From Oculina patagonica (lineage: Eukaryota): a stretch of DNA of 64,000 nt. The stretch is from NCBI RefSeq assembly GCF_052425735.1, contig NC_135761.1, forward strand, positions 16,554,001-16,618,000, read 5' to 3'. Position numbers and translations under genes: made by a program. Position 1 is the first letter of the stretch. The number at the start of each line of letters is the position of its first letter. This document shows, one piece after another, positions 23,346-37,847 of the stretch. The notes below the pieces were generated by a model. It worked only from the letters and a program-made list of their open reading frames with translations, did no database searches and had not been told where the DNA came from.

Positions 23346-25452
23346 TTAGACAATAGCTCGTCTTGGGGACCCATCCCCGTTGCGACTGAAAATGATTCTC
23401 CGAAGTGCTTTTCGAAACTTCACGGTACGCAGCGAATATGCGATCGGATTGGCCAGCGGATGCAGAAATATCGCTGAAGCCTCAATAAAGGATAGGACAT
23501 CGCTATACTTGTCAGAAATACAGTCTTCACAAAATTCATGGACATTTTCCAATACGAATGGTGGAATCCAACACACAGCAAATAACCCAACCAGGATAAA
23601 CACAGAATATGCCACACTCCTTTCTCTTCTCTTTAATTTTTCAATGTATTGACCGTTTACTGTCAGACATTGTCGCTCTGCTGCGCACTCGGTTCCTTTT
23701 GACAAACCTTGACGCAAACTTTTTTTCACCAGAAAGTAGATTCTTGTGTAACAAGCGAATAATAAGATGATTATGGGAATGCCGATAGCGTCGCAGATAA
23801 ACAGTTCGTACTCTTCTTCAGGCATGATAAGAAACGCTATCAGCCCAGCAAAGAGCCAAATGGACAATATCCCAATTGCGCGATAAGTCGTCGTTAAGTA
23901 ATCTGCACTATTTAAGGATGAAATTACTATCAGCCGTTCAACAGCAAGGCCAAGGATTGTCAAAAATGAAGCAATGAAACCAAGATAGATCGTCGTATAC
24001 GCTGCATCGGTAATGCCAGATGCAGGTACCCAGTACCGAAGAGCGTAAAGGAACTCGCCTGGAATGCCCACCAACAAGTCACAAACGGCGAGGTTTAATA
24101 CGAGGCAGTTCGCGGTTCCTTTAAGTTCTTTGAATGGATCTTTTAAAATTGTTATGATTACCAAGAAGTTTCCCACCGCTGTTATCACAGAGAGCGGCAA
24201 AAAGACTGCAGTAACTGCTGATGGGTCTGAAAAACAAACAACACAATAAGTTTTAAGTTAGTGAGTTTCTAGAGCCGCTTGTCTCTCTTAGCCGGCTGAG
24301 CCCGAGTCACGAGGAACAGGTGGCTCTTGAGACACATGATTTGATTGGCTAGAATTTTAACAAGGATAATTTAATCTAGTCAAATCTGGTCAAGTTTGGT
24401 AAGTATCGTGTTAATCTACAGTTCTTGGAATATCTTGGAAACGACCCCCTGATATATACAGTTGAATCTCGAATTCACGAACCTCCCGACAGCTCGACCC
24501 AAAAGCAGTTTCCCTTGGATTTGCTTCATGTACTTAAGCCAGTCGCACACTAGAGCAACTAGCTGAGCTATTCACCTCACGTGCCTGTTTGCTCAGCCAT
24601 TTATTCACTGCACATTTTGCCGCAGACAGTGAGGAAAGTGCTTAGCAAGTTTGATTCGGAAGCCGCCATGTTGAAGCACGTGAGCATTCTGCGTGTGTTT
24701 ATTGGTCAGTTGATATATCTGGCTGAGCAAGTTTCTCATGTCGCCCGCACACATTGAGAATCTTGTCTCGCGAGGCAAAAAATATCAAACACGATAGATA
24801 TTTTCCTCAAGGCCTCGCGAGGCAAAATTCTCACGAAAAACGGTCCGCACACGAGAGAAATCTGCTGAGCAAACGGCACGCGAGGCGGTTAGCTCAGCTA
24901 GATGCTCTAGTGTGCGGTAGGTTTTAAGCTACCGCTTATCCCCGATTTCATGAACTCCCAAATTCTCTGAACCAATTTTCGTTTTCCTTGGAGGTTCGAC
25001 AAATTGGGATTCAACAGTATTTAAAATAAAGTACATGTAAAAGTACTGCATGTATATAAAGAACCTGATTTACTTCCTTAGGCTACCGGTAGGGCCAAAG
25101 TTTCCCATAAAGTTGCTTAAAATTTCTTGAAAAGTTGCCCGAAAGTTGCTACGAAAAATCCAAAAAGTTACTCGAAAGTCGATCCAAAAAGTCCAAAACG
25201 TTGCTTTTGAATAAAATTGTTGCAAATATATGCCTTTCTCGCGGGTCATATTAATTTTTGCAGGACGCAGCAAAAATAGCTAAGCGCTAGCGTATGACTA
25301 TTGATATTGTATTGTAAATACCCGTGAACGATCACTCCTGTGTTTCAGTCATTTAAAGAAGGCAACATCGTCGAGCCATAACTTAAACAACCCGCTTTTA
25401 AGAAGCCTGCATAACGACTGTTTAAAATTTATTAATATTTACCTTTATCCAT
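23346..25452 (-). CDS. Class A (rhodopsin-like) orphan GPCR, ~296 aa
   Basis: Micro-exon ATGGATAAAG|gt (25452-25443) plus exon 24226-23346; GN, NLAVCD, ERL, CWIP and NPIAY motifs; 7 hydrophobic segments. Confidence 0.85.
24459..25017. mobile_element. Tc1/mariner-like MITE with a nested Harbinger-like MITE (~24538-24923)
   Basis: Outer TA|CAGTTGAATC...GATTCAACAG|TA; inner CGCACACTAGAGCAACTAGCTGAGCTA / TAGCTCAGCTAGATGCTCTAGTGTGCG TIRs. Confidence 0.65.
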
Positions 25453-26398
25453 TCGAACTGTCGTATTACTGATATTGTTAAGGTGATCTAAGCCCTGGAA
25501 GCTGCTTGCGTTAGGAGTGCACATAATGTGGCGCAAACTTTGTATCTCTTTGTGATGACGGTAGTTTGAAGCTATCTTACTGCACCTGTTACTGTTCTAA
25601 AGTACTTAGAAATGCTGCAGTTTATATCCTGTCTCCCAACCGGATGCTCTCGCACGCTCTGCTTGTAAATTTCTTAGAAATTACAGGAGGAAATCCTTGA
25701 AATGTCACATGCTACGACGTATGTCACGAGAAGTTTCCGCCTAGATTAAGGTCACTTTACCTGTCGTTATTCTATAATAGAGATTTATTGTTTAAATACA
25801 ACTCTATTATAAAACGGTTAGCAAATACAAATCAACAGAAAGAACCAACAGCTTGTGCTTTTTTTCGTTTATTAATGTTATTATTTTGGGGTCAGTAGTA
25901 TAAACATTTAACGAGTACACATCAAAAACATTGCAACATAGGCGAATTTTTGTGTTTGGGCGTGCATAAGTTAAGGGACTTTCCCTTTTAATATCTCGTG
26001 CAAAGCATTGCATGAGGAGAGATGTAAATACATCCCACGCACTGCCGAGCAGTACGTGTACCAGCTCTATTAAAAAATAATAACAAAATTATTATTATAC
26101 TTACGCTATAATCAAGCTTTGGCTAAAAATGGGTCTTCACAGACCGACTTCCTGTTTGGAATCGTTTAGATTTTGCCACTTTATTTCGAGTAATAGCTAG
26201 TTTAATATGGTGTTAGATCTGAGTGACGATCTCCGTGACGACTAGAAGTGACGTGACGGTTTTAACAGGGTCTGAGGGTGAAATATAGATTTTACTATAA
26301 TATTATAGGTTATAGATTTTCCCGCAAATTGACGCGGTTCGCGGAAAAAAAATTAAAGACAAATGTATGGAAAATTAAAAACGCAACTGAACGCCTTC

Positions 26399-26986
26399 TA
26401 GGGCTTTCCACAAGTTGCTCGGCAACTTTTTGGCAACTTTTAATATTTCGAGCAACTTTTTCTCCTTCGAGCAACTTTTTTCCTCTCGAGCAACTTGTTA
26501 CATTTTGTGCAATTTCCAGACCGAAGATCTCCGAAGATTATCCGAGTGTTGTTCAAAGGGCATACGAACGTTTCCGAAGATTTACGAAGTTTGCCGAGGA
26601 TTTTCGAGGAACATCTAAAGACGTTTCAACTTTCGCCTCATTCTGCCGTCAGCAAACATGACGTCATCGATATCTTCGCGATTTTTCTCAATTAAAGAAA
26701 ACCTTGTTATTTAACAAATTTTCTCCTTAATATGTTATTTAAATACTTTTTTGCTGTAAAATTGCAGAAAACTGCTTAGGAATCTAACCCTCAAAGGGAA
26801 ATTAGCATATATTTAGAGAAATTATCTTCATTAGAAGCAACGTTTTGGATTTTTTTGGAGCAACTTTCGAGCAACTTTTATTGTCAGAAGCAACTTTTTT
26901 GAATTTTTGGAGCAACTTTTGAGCAACTTTTTGAGAAATTACGGGCAACTTTTTGGGAAATCTCGAGCAACTTGTGGAAAGCCCTA
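26399..26986. mobile_element. hAT-like non-autonomous element
   Basis: TIR TAGGGCTTTCCACAAGTTGCTCG; 8-bp TSD ACGCCTTC (26391-26398, 26987-26994); GCAACTTT subterminal repeats; decayed relatives at ~25090-25210 and ~43600-44465. Confidence 0.85.
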
Positions 26987-28100
26987 ACGCCTTCTAGCCC
27001 AGCTGCATCCTTCAAACTTGGCGAAAAGTATCTTAACTTTTCAATTCATAAGTTGTTCCGAGTTCTATTTTTGTAAAAGATATTGCCGTTGGATTCCCAT
27101 ACAAACGCTGTAATTTCTACCCGCTTTGCCTACTCGTCAAGATGGCGTCGAAAAGCGTGATAAGGCATATTCATTTGTGAATTAAAGCACCATTTACACG
27201 GCAGAAAACGTATGGCACGGCTCGGATAAAATTGGTACCCGTACCAAAAATAGCCTGACTGATACTCTGTTTACACGTACTTTTTTCTACCGTGCTAAAT
27301 TGCGTTGAATAATGTTTTGGTGCGGGTAAAAGCCTCAAAACCTTGGCCGGCGTACGCGATTCTGCCTTAGTGCGCTATTTCATTTAAACGTCACATACGA
27401 GTCGCGCATCTTTTCGCCTTGTTCACAGAAGACTAGAAGAGGCTTCAAATGGCAGCAGTAAATGGCAGCAGTGATGGCTTGCATCTCTTCTATTAACGAC
27501 GACGATTATTTTTATGATTATTTTATTCTTCTCGCATATTTGTATCAACTCCTTACATCATGTTCTTCCAAAGCAGAATCTCAATTTTCGACTCTGGACA
27601 CTAACGATCACGAACTCAGGAGAAAGTGACCAAAGAAGACTGCTGAAAGTCTCGCTAGTTTTTCCATGAATGTTCATGAGATTTTTTGGCAACTGTTTTT
27701 CATTTATAAATAAATGGAAACCTTTGATTGCCTTGACAACTGCTTAACGCAAGCTTACATATCAGCAAATTGATCTGAACTCATAACTTTCAATATTGTA
27801 AACCCATATAAGGAATTCGATATTAGACCCATCTTTTTCAAAGCTGTGGTGAAATTGTGTATAGCTGTCTCTGAATTTTGTACATTTATGTTTGTCAGTA
27901 GCTTATTTTTTTCTTTATTTTAATCAATAATATTTATGAACAAATAATGTAACTATGTAATTAAAATCAAACTGTTGTAAGTAAGTTGTGAGTATTGTAG
28001 ATGTCTGTTTTGTTTCAATAATAAAAAAAAATAAAAAAATAAAAATAAAAACTGTTTTTCTTAAAATAAATTTCTAAGACCCTCACGTCACGGATACATC

Positions 28101-28137
<37 letters not shown>
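28101..28137. repeat. (ACA)n microsatellite
   Basis: About 12 ACA units. Confidence 0.9.
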
Positions 28138-28138
<1 letters not shown>

Positions 28139-29568
28139 CTTTTATTTGTGCCCAGAAAAGTTACAATAAATAAATACAAGCAAGAGGAAAAATTTACAAT
28201 TTACAATCACGGATCCATCAAGGACATAGCTGTCACTGGTTATTTTGTTTTTTTAATTTTATTCTTTTCTGTATTGTAAATTTTATAAATAAAGTTGTTG
28301 TTGTTATTACTGTCACGGGTTTTACTGGTTACTTTGTACCAGTTTTATTAGAAAACCGCAGGTCATCTTAGGGGGGGGGGTGCACTCTCTGCTCCCTCCC
28401 CCTATATCAGTCCCTGGAGTACATTTTGAACACTATATCAGTAATGGGGGTAACGATAAGGTACAAACAAAGGCCTCTGCATTAAAAGCCCTGCACACCA
28501 AGGGACAAGAATACCCATTTGTTATTTTTCAAGCAAAAATTTTCACAGGTAGAAATAGTGAGTCAAAGATGTTGCTGTTATCTAGAACTGGCAGTACAAC
28601 AATTGAAAAGGTGATAGATGATGTATCAAGACGTACAATACAGAGCAAATCAAAATTGACATCATATCGAGTCTCGATTCATGTGAAACTCGACTCTAAA
28701 GTAAATGCAAAGACCTATTGGCTTAGTCTCTGTTCCTGATCTCTACCTTACTCGCTTTATGTTAGTAAGGTTTCAATTCCCATCTAGGGATGGGACGGGA
28801 GAGATCAGAGACTGGAGTACCCTGTACTGAGATCTTATTGGTACTGTAGGGAGACTACAGCTGGCAAAGGAACAATCTAATGCTGTATTATTTATACCAA
28901 CACACTGCCAACACAGTTAACGTTATGCCTGATTTTATTGTTCTTCTCAGAATATATACAGCACAACGTTTTATAGGATTTTCTCAGTCGATTACGAGTA
29001 CATTTTCTCTTCATGTTCAGCTAATACCTACATTCAATGTTGAAGAATGTTTTGATTATTTCCCAAACGAGACAATCTTAAAAGAGTTGCTTTTTATAAC
29101 AAAGCAACAAAGATATCATTTATGGAATGAAAAAAGTACAACACAGAAGCTTATAATGTGCTAGTGATAACCAATCCATATATAGAATTAGCTGCACAAC
29201 ACACATTGTTACATGAATATGGTCCCAAATTATGCAGAGAGTGAACACTCATACTTTACTTATTCAATTTTAGACAGCAAACCAGCATATCTCACTAGTG
29301 AAGACTAAAAATAATTTTAATTATTCTTTTAAGGTCCCTTCTCAAATGTTAAACTCGTCTGATCTGGACCCGGCTGAGAATGCATTTTCCATATAACTAC
29401 AATGGAGGTCAAAAATACTTGGGAGACTTATGGCGTTATGGCGATCTCTTAATCATACCATATAACCCTTTTCTCCGTCAAAAATTGGGTTTGGCACTGT
29501 GTTTGTTCATTTCTAGCTTACACCCCCCCCCCCCCCCCCCTCACCCATGAAACGTTGACAAACATATA

Positions 29569-29899
29569 CCGTAGAATTCCGGTTATAAGCCCTGGGCTTA
29601 TACAACTTCGTAAGGGGTTTTGAGTGGGCTTATAAGCGGAGGGGCTTATATTCGGGAGGGCTTATAAGCGGAATGAAAAAAACGTTTCAAAACGAGCCAC
29701 GGGAGTGTTGATGGAAATACGTTTTTAAGTTAAAAACACATAATAAAGCAACATTTAGCCCTATTCAGTACTGTTATCTGGTAGAGGGGGCTTATATCCG
29801 GGGAGGCTTATAACCGGATGTATTTTTTTGTTTCCAGGATGATGGGCCTATAACCGGGAGGGCTTATAAGCGGGGGGGCTTATAACCGGAATTCTTCGG
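29569..29899. mobile_element. Tc1/mariner-like MITE
   Basis: TA|CCGTAGAATTCCGGTTATAAGCCC ... GGGCTTATAACCGGAATTCTTCGG|TA; internal GGGCTTATA repeats. Confidence 0.75.
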
Positions 29900-30148
29900 T
29901 ATGCCCTGATCTTGGTGTGTGAGATGGTCAATTCTCAACATTGCGTGGGGGGAAGGGGGCTAGCAGTCATTTGGCCCAGAATTGTGCTAAGTGTCCCAAC
30001 ATTAATGTCCCGCATTGTAGGCTGGGATTGATTCGTTTAAGTGGTTTCTTTATTTTGGCTTTGAAATACCCCATTAACAGAGTGGTCAATTGCGATAGTT
30101 ATTTACTTATTTATTTATTTGTTTATTTATCTATTTTTAATAACTATT

Positions 30149-31993
30149 TTAGATAATAGCTCGTCTTTGAGAAGGATTGCTGTTGGAATTGAAAATTATC
30201 CTCCGAAGTGCTTTTCGAAACTTCACCGTGCGCAGCGAATAAGCGATCGGATTGACCAGCGGATGCAGAAATATTGTTGAAGCTTCAATAAAGGATAGAA
30301 GATCGTCATACTTGTCAGAAATACAATCTTCACAGAATTTATTGACATTTACTAACACGAATGGTGGAAGCCAACACACTGCAAATAACCCAACCAGGAT
30401 AAACACAGAATAAGCCACACCCCTTTCTTTTCTCTTTAGTTTTTCAATGTTCTGAGCGTTTACTGTTAGACATTGCCGCTCTGCATGCTCGGCTCCTGGC
30501 GACAAATCTCCACGCAAATTTTTCTTCACCAGAAAGTATATTCTTGCGTAACAAGCGGATAATAAGATGATTATGGGAATGACGATAGCATCGCAAATAA
30601 ACAGTCTGTACTCTTCAATAGAATTCCACCCAAGCTGGGGAAGAAACGCTATCAGCAAAGCAAAGAGCCAAATGGACAATATTCCAATTGCGCGATAAGT
30701 CGTCGTTAAGTAATCGCCACTATTTGAGGATGAAATTACTATCAGCCGTTCAACTGCAAGGCCAAGGATCGTCAGAAATGAGGCATTGAAACCAAGATAG
30801 ATCGTCGTGTACGCTGCTACAGTCATGATTCGATTGTCAGGTAGCCAGTGCAGAAGAGCGAAAAGGAACTCGCCTGGAATACCCACCAACAGGTCACAAA
30901 CGGCGAGGTTTAATATGAGGCAGTTCGCAGTTCCTTTGAGTTCTTTAAATGGATCTTTCAAAATTGTTATTATTACCAAAGAGTTTCCCACCGCTGTCAC
31001 CACAGAGAGCGGCATGAAAACTGCAGCGCCAGTTAAGGAAACTGGGTCTAAAAAACAAACAACACAAGAAGTTTAAAGTTTGCGAACGTAAATATAACAG
31101 ACGTGAGATGTCCCGCTCCCTGCACAGTAGACAACCTATGGTCCCCGGCATGGGAAGTGATAAGAAGAATAGATTATCCGGACGAATTATCTGGCTATCG
31201 GGTGACTATAAATGTAAACATGAAGTTTTTCCAAGAAGTCACGCAATTTTTAATTACATGCAAAAATCACTTCCGCCTTTATTAAACTAAGCGTTCTTTA
31301 TAGTTTATCCTGGTTTCTTGCTCGTCAATTTAGCTTTTCAAGTTATGCAAGTCTAGCTAGTGTTACTCTACAGTTCTTGGAATATCTTGGAAACGAACCG
31401 TAGAGAAATCGTAGAATCCCGATTTCTCGAATCGAGCCCCCAATATTAACGCGACCCAAAATGTCCATTCCCATGGATTTGCTTCACGAAGTTCGAACTA
31501 AGGCTAACGGCCTGGCAAACAAGCCTGAATCATGTCAGAAACACTCATAGCGCGCCCGATGTTTCTCAGTTTTGCCACATAAGAAAAAATTGCTTGTTTC
31601 CGCGCGGCATTGTATGGCAAGACAAAGAAAACAATTATGGAAACATGTTTCCGGAAAAATGTTTCATCGTTTTGCTGGGCCTTTAGGCTGCAATTTTAAC
31701 ACCCGATTTCTTGAACTTCTGATTTCTCGAGCCAATTTTCGTTTCCCTCAGAGATTCCAGAAATCGAAATAGTACGTGTAAACTGAAGTACTGCATGTAA
31801 ATACAACTTGACGACACTACATGTGGCACTGTGCATTTTCGATGCGATTTGATTCCAGAGTTTACTTTACAGTGCAAATAATCGTGAACAATCGCTCCTG
31901 TGTGTTATATGAAGAAGGCATCATTGAAACAAACCGCTTCAAAGAAGCCTGCATAACGACTGCTTAAATTATTTACTTACCGGTTAAATCCAT
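30149..31993 (-). CDS. Class A orphan GPCR, ~303 aa (tandem paralogue of 23346-25452)
   Basis: Micro-exon ATGGATTTAACCG|gtaagt (31993-31981) plus exon 31047-30149; same motifs as the paralogue; intron and upstream sequence are also homologous. Confidence 0.85.
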
Positions 31994-32868
31994 TCGAACG
32001 GTCGTACGGTGATCTAGGCCGGAAGCTCGTTGCCTCAGGAGCGCACACTAAATTCAAAATTTCTTTCGAAGTAAATAAGTTGTGGCTCAAATTGTGTTTT
32101 TCTTTGTGATCACGGTAGCTTATCTAACTGCACCAGCTACTGTTTAGAAGTATTTGTAAATGCTACAGTTTCCATGTTTCCTTAGACACCGGATATGCTC
32201 TCGCGTTCTCTGTTTGTCTGTTTCCCAGAAATTGCCGGAAGAAGCTCTTGAAATGTCACGTGATTACGTCACGAGAGGTTTCCGCCTGGTAACGGTCACT
32301 TCGCCAGCTGTTATTGTTTTTGTAATAAAGATTTATTGTTTATATACAATTCTAACGGTTAGCAAATACGAATAGCAAAAAGAAGCAACATTTTACTCCT
32401 GTATTTCGTTCATTATTTTGGGGTCAGTGGTAAACACATGTAACGAGAGAACATCAAATATATCGGAAGCTTTACAGCGAAATTTTTGTGTTTGGGTGTG
32501 CATAAGGGACTTTCCCTTTTAATATCTCGTGCAAAGCATGGGAAGACAACACGAGGTGTGAATACATCCCACGCACAGCTGACCAACACTAATAAAAAAT
32601 ATTAACCACAATTTTGAATATACTTACCCAAAATCGAGCTTTCAGTTAAAAAAAATCCTTTTACAAAACTACTCCCGGTTTGAAATTCCTAAGATTTTGA
32701 CTCGCGATGACTTAATTTTGAGTTAATTATGATTTAGTTTTGCCTCTTGGTGACTTAATTCACAAATGAATTGCATATTGAACCCATCACAAGGATAGTT
32801 TTCTTTCCTGAATATATTTCCGCATCCAGACTAAGTCACTATTGCTAACGACATCGCGAGAAAACAGA

Positions 32869-33618
32869 GGGTGCGTTTCTTTGGGAAAATCCAAAATTGG
32901 ATCATTGATCTCAGATCACACGGATACTTTGCTCCCAAAGAAACGAAGAATCCGAAAACGGATTTTTTGCCATGACAACCCCGTAAACACATTTCGCACA
33001 GAACATAAAATATCAGCACAAATTTATTTTTCGTCGAATGTGTCCTAGCTAAAATAATTTAAGCATACAAAATCTTTTGCAAAAACCACACGTCGAAGTA
33101 GATCTTCTTTAGCGTTAAGCACAATGTGGCGAGAAAGCATCTGAGCGCGAAGAATGATTGCGAAATTATCAGTGCAAATTTCACTCGTGACAATTTCAAA
33201 AGGATACAACTTCCGTAGGCACACAGTGGCTGTTCTAGAAAACCTGTATCCCGTTTAAAATGATACTACATACCTAGCTGAAGCTACCGTTTCCTTTTAA
33301 CGTGAACTATTTTTGTATTTTGATCGAAATAACCGCCTAAAACTTTCCGTATGGCAGTGTTTACAAAGAGCGAACCTGTATTTTCAAAGCAAAGACCGCT
33401 GGGCCAAGGTACTTTTTTCGAATCCTTTCCCAAAGAAACGCACGGATCATGAATCCTAAAAATCCGGATTCAGATATGATCTGATGTATCCACTCGAAGT
33501 GTGGATTCTTCAGATCATTGATCCAAGATTAATCCATTTTCGGATATAGGTAAAGAAACGCAAAATCCGTTTTTGGATCAAGAATCCGGATTTGGATTTT
33601 TCCCAAAGAAACGCACCC
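32869..33618. mobile_element. PIF/Harbinger-like MITE
   Basis: TIR GGGTGCGTTTCTTTGGGAAAA; 3-bp TSD AGA. Confidence 0.75.
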
Positions 33619-34839
33619 AGAGTTACGTTTCGCTTTGTCACGCGATCTGTCAATCATCAACATCATACTTCATTTGTCACGCACTCCTTTTTAGGGGGCT
33701 AGAAATTTCTGGAAGAGGCAATCGACACAACTTCGTCGAAGTATAAAGCTTAAATGTAGATTATGCTGCTTGGAGTTTCGTTCTTTTAGAAGAATCAAGG
33801 CAATGCTGTATTGTTTAGGCAAGTTTGTTTTAATATTTTATCTTTCTTGTGATCATTGACGTAATTACGTAGCTTAACTTTCCCAACTTACTGAATTCCA
33901 TTGTAATGCTTCATTATTAGTTAAGTAGCCTGATATCATAACTGACCTACCCATACAAGTTAACTTCGCGTTTATTCATTGAATAATATATTTAATTTTA
34001 ACGCACATTTTGAAGGACATGGGCTTCTTTTTGGTTATTTACAATCCGACGCCAGCCGAAATTATGAAGCCTTGCTTCGTTTATTTTTAATATCAATCGC
34101 GATTTCTTTCGAGCTAAGTCTACGATCTTGCTATAATTCATTGTAGCTTAGATTTAAATGACCGCTATATCGATCAATACAACATTGCATCGCTTGAAAT
34201 AGAAAAAATACGAAAAAAGTCCATCGATTGATCTCATGACTAGACTACAATGGCTGCCTCCCACGCAAAGATTGTCACGGTATCTTTCCAGGAAACATGG
34301 CGTGACGAGGCAAAGGCATGACGAGCCCAGGCGAGTCGCAATCAACGGTGGGAGAAAACCAGAAGTTGAGATATTTCATTTTGAGAATTCTATAGTAATA
34401 TCAAGCCACGGCTTTGCACCCCGGTCTCTTTTTCAATTGAGCCTTGTCAGACGTCAAAAAACAAAGGCCAGTGAAACGGGTAAACAGTGTCTTTACCCTG
34501 TAATTATTTAGAGTTTTGCGTGAAGTAACAGAAAAAAGTTCTAAGATTCTCACTTGAAATCTGACTGAGTGGTGAAGAAATTTATTTGTTGTATAGCGTA
34601 AGTACGTCTGCGATGGTCCTCTTTACGCGCAGCTACCTACTGCGTTGTCACGCAACGCTTCTCCTTGGTGTAACGCGTCGCGTGATGGTGACGACCCAAT
34701 GATCTGGAGCGCTTCGTTCGATAAAAACAAAGCTAGGAGATGCACGAGAGGGGAATTAAGAACACCACCTGAAATATTTATCTCCTTTATCTTTTGTAAC
34801 AGGGTTGTAATTGAGTTTCTGGAGCCCGCGAACGGCAAG

Positions 34840-35733
34840 ATGACAGGACACAGTCATCCCTTTTTGCCTGAGAAAGTCACACCCACAGAATTAGCCATTG
34901 CAATTGTGCTTGCTATAATAACTACAGTAGGGAACCTTCTGGTGATCGTAGCTGTGTACAAGGATCCATTTCGAGAGCTACGGACGACGTCCAACTACCT
35001 CTTGGTGAACCTTGCTGTGGCTGACCTGATAATGGGCCTTATAATTGAGCCTATTTGGGCCCTTCAGTACTGGGTGAAAGAAGATCGAACGAACTATTCC
35101 ATCGCAGCTAATGTCATTCTCGTCCTGGCAATTGAAGCCTCTTGTCTAACAGTGCTGTTTCTAACAATTGAGAGATACGTTGTCTTAGAAAGGCCTCTTA
35201 GGAGAGAAGCACTTTCTAACGGTGTAGCCGTCAAGATCTGCATTTTTCTAATATGGCTTACTGCATCCCTAATAAGCTCGCTTGTAATTCCATTTTGGGA
35301 GAAGCCTGCTTATACTCTGTTTCTATTTGCCGGTATTGGATTTTCCTTGCTATTGCTCATGCTCTGCATGTACATTCGCATGTTTATAATCATCCGAAAG
35401 TTCAACAAGGCACTTCTCGCACAAGGAGTGAACGCAACGCTTATCCAGCCCGGTCAGGCATGCATTACAGCTCGCGAACGAGAGCAACAAGTTGCCAAAG
35501 CCATCTTTCTATTTGTTGGAACGTTTGCGTTCTGCTGGCTTCCCTCTGTTATCACTGAAACTATCAAGTACAGCCACCCCATCAGTGAGCACGTTTGTCG
35601 AGGAGTTCTCTTCATTGGTCTTCTTAATTCTGCCCTCAATCCGATATTGTACACATTCAGAATGCCAAGTTTCCGAAGAGCAATTCAGAGCATGTTTGAA
35701 GAGTTTAAGCTTGATTGCCTACAGATTTTATAA
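34840..35733 (+). CDS. Class A orphan GPCR, ~297 aa
   Basis: MTGHSHPF start after acceptor ttttgtaacag (34802); GN, NLAVAD, ERY, CWLP and NPILY motifs. Confidence 0.88.
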   Translation: MTGHSHPFLPEKVTPTELAIAIVLAIITTVGNLLVIVAVYKDPFRELRTTSNYLLVNLAVADLIMGLIIEPIWALQYWVKEDRTNYSIAANVILVLAIEASCLTVLFLTIERYVVLERPLRREALSNGVAVKICIFLIWLTASLISSLVIPFWEKPAYTLFLFAGIGFSLLLLMLCMYIRMFIIIRKFNKALLAQGVNATLIQPGQACITAREREQQVAKAIFLFVGTFAFCWLPSVITETIKYSHPISEHVCRGVLFIGLLNSALNPILYTFRMPSFRRAIQSMFEEFKLDCLQIL

Positions 35734-37847
35734 GACATGTGATTAGTATCGAATAGTTTACTCGTAAAAAAAATGCCATGAAGTTCAGTCTTTGCGTAGG
35801 AATGGGATGTTAAATAATTTCCGTCCAAATTATTAATTACAGTACTGTAAGAAAGATACCTTGCAAAAAGGGATCAAATATGATGAAGTTTTTTATTTGT
35901 TTCCAGGTTTTGTAACTTTTTTCCCGAGAATTGACCATACAACGCGTTTGCCAGTCTTTTAAATACTGTTGCAAACAAGCTATAGAACAGCTTATATCGA
36001 CAATTAATTTTGTTTGATACTTTTTACTGCAATCATCATGTTCTAGGCGTCATTAGAGTGTATATTGCTTATAACATAAAAAGTCGAGTAGATTGCCTTA
36101 AGGGTGCGAGTAATAAATGGAAAAAATTGTGAACTGCAGGGTCCTACTTGTACACCTTAGTTTTTCCCCTCCCCACTCTCCCCGCGGTTTTGATATGCTC
36201 GGGTGAGCCAATTAGCCCCGTCCCGGGTCTTAGGGTAGGGTTAGCCCAACCCTAACCCAACGCCCCCTCTCGCTCTTGGGGGCGGTGAGAGAGAGACCCT
36301 GGGAACGAGGTTGCCAATTAGCCCGGCGACACAAGCTAAGCCGGTCCAGACGCCACGCACTTAACTCAATAGGACCAACTTAGCTCAAATACATGATTTT
36401 TGCACGGTTTGCATGGTTTGTTCCTTTGGTGATTAGCAACCCGGGATTAAAAAAGTTATAATTTTTAAGCAGGTTTTTCATGATTTTGCTTTCTGTGTCT
36501 GCCCTGAGAACCCTAGCCAACAACAATATGCCTTTTAGTTGGTTTTGAAATTGCGCAACTCTTTTGTCAATAAACCAAACAATAATATGAGTCATGCCAA
36601 TTAACTTGGCTTATCCTTATTCATGTCTTCAGTTGCCTCTACGCTTTTTCTAATGAGCGCCCCAACCAGTCAGTAAATACTAAATTTGCTTCGGAGCAAA
36701 AAAACCCACCTTAATTTCGACTAAGTATAACTATGGCATAGGTATAAGTAGGTAGAAAAGGGCGAGGTGCATATCATAGTTGAGGTCTGTTCTGTAGTCC
36801 TAGAACAAAAGTTTCAAAAGACCATTGTGTCATATTAGCGTCATACCATTATCTGACCACACACGCTCCCGACACGAAAAAGGAAGTCGTCACTCACTCT
36901 CTTATTTTGTTATTTTTTAACAAAAATGTTAGCTTGTATTGCTTTAAAGTGGGCCATGCGCATAAAAAAGAGGCAAAAACAAGAGACCAGATACTTTTTG
37001 TGTTACTTGGCAACGACTGGCCGGCTAATGGACAATTGTTATACTTGGCAATTTTGAATGACTAATGAATGTAGTGGTTGGCGTACAGTTCGTCATAATG
37101 AAAAAGCACAAAAGAGAAAGAAAGGTATTATGCTAAGAGAACAAAAGATACAGAAAAGTGTTATGCGGAGAACAAAAGACATAGAGATTATAGGCGCTTT
37201 ACATTCAAGCCAGTCCAGGTTTTAATCCTAACTATAGACTACTTTGTAGTATTAATTTGGCATTGATAACATAAAAATAAAACTGGCATCAAACAACAAA
37301 CATCTAGTAGATTTTGTCAGAGTCCTGAATATGACGAACAAAGGGGCCTAACGCTTGAAGCCTCAGCTGCTTAAATCTCACTTCTCTAATGGAAGTATAA
37401 ATTGCATTCACAACTTTTTCTGCCATGAATAACAATGTACAAAGCATTTTACTTGCCCACCGAAGCAGGACAAAAGTTTCTTTAGAAACCAATCCCTTAA
37501 ATCCATAATGCCGCATGTGCTACTTTGCAGACACCGTCCGTCTTGCATAATTTTTCACATTTTGGAACGACGAAAAGAAATATTCTGCACGAGCACTTTC
37601 TTATAACAGTCTTCTTATATACCCTTACTGTTATTACTAAACACTTATATCTAGATAACAAGAGGGCAGGTCTAATAGATATCAACCTACACTTTGATGC
37701 TCATCAGTATTCAAAATTGGTTCATTTTTCATTCCCCAAGGACCATTTCGATAAATTACTTTTAGGTGACTAATTTATTACTTCGCTTTACTTTCTTGTG
37801 GGGCTTGATACGGGAACACCTTCGCGAACTCGCTTGCTCTCTCCAAG

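Noticed and set aside
34645-34839. N-terminal extension of the 362-aa GPCR ORF
   Set aside because: It starts at TTG and crosses a splice acceptor at 34802; the ATG at 34840 is more plausible.
36229-36262. Telomere-like TTAGGG/CCCTAA
   Set aside because: Only about two units, inside a small inverted repeat fragment.
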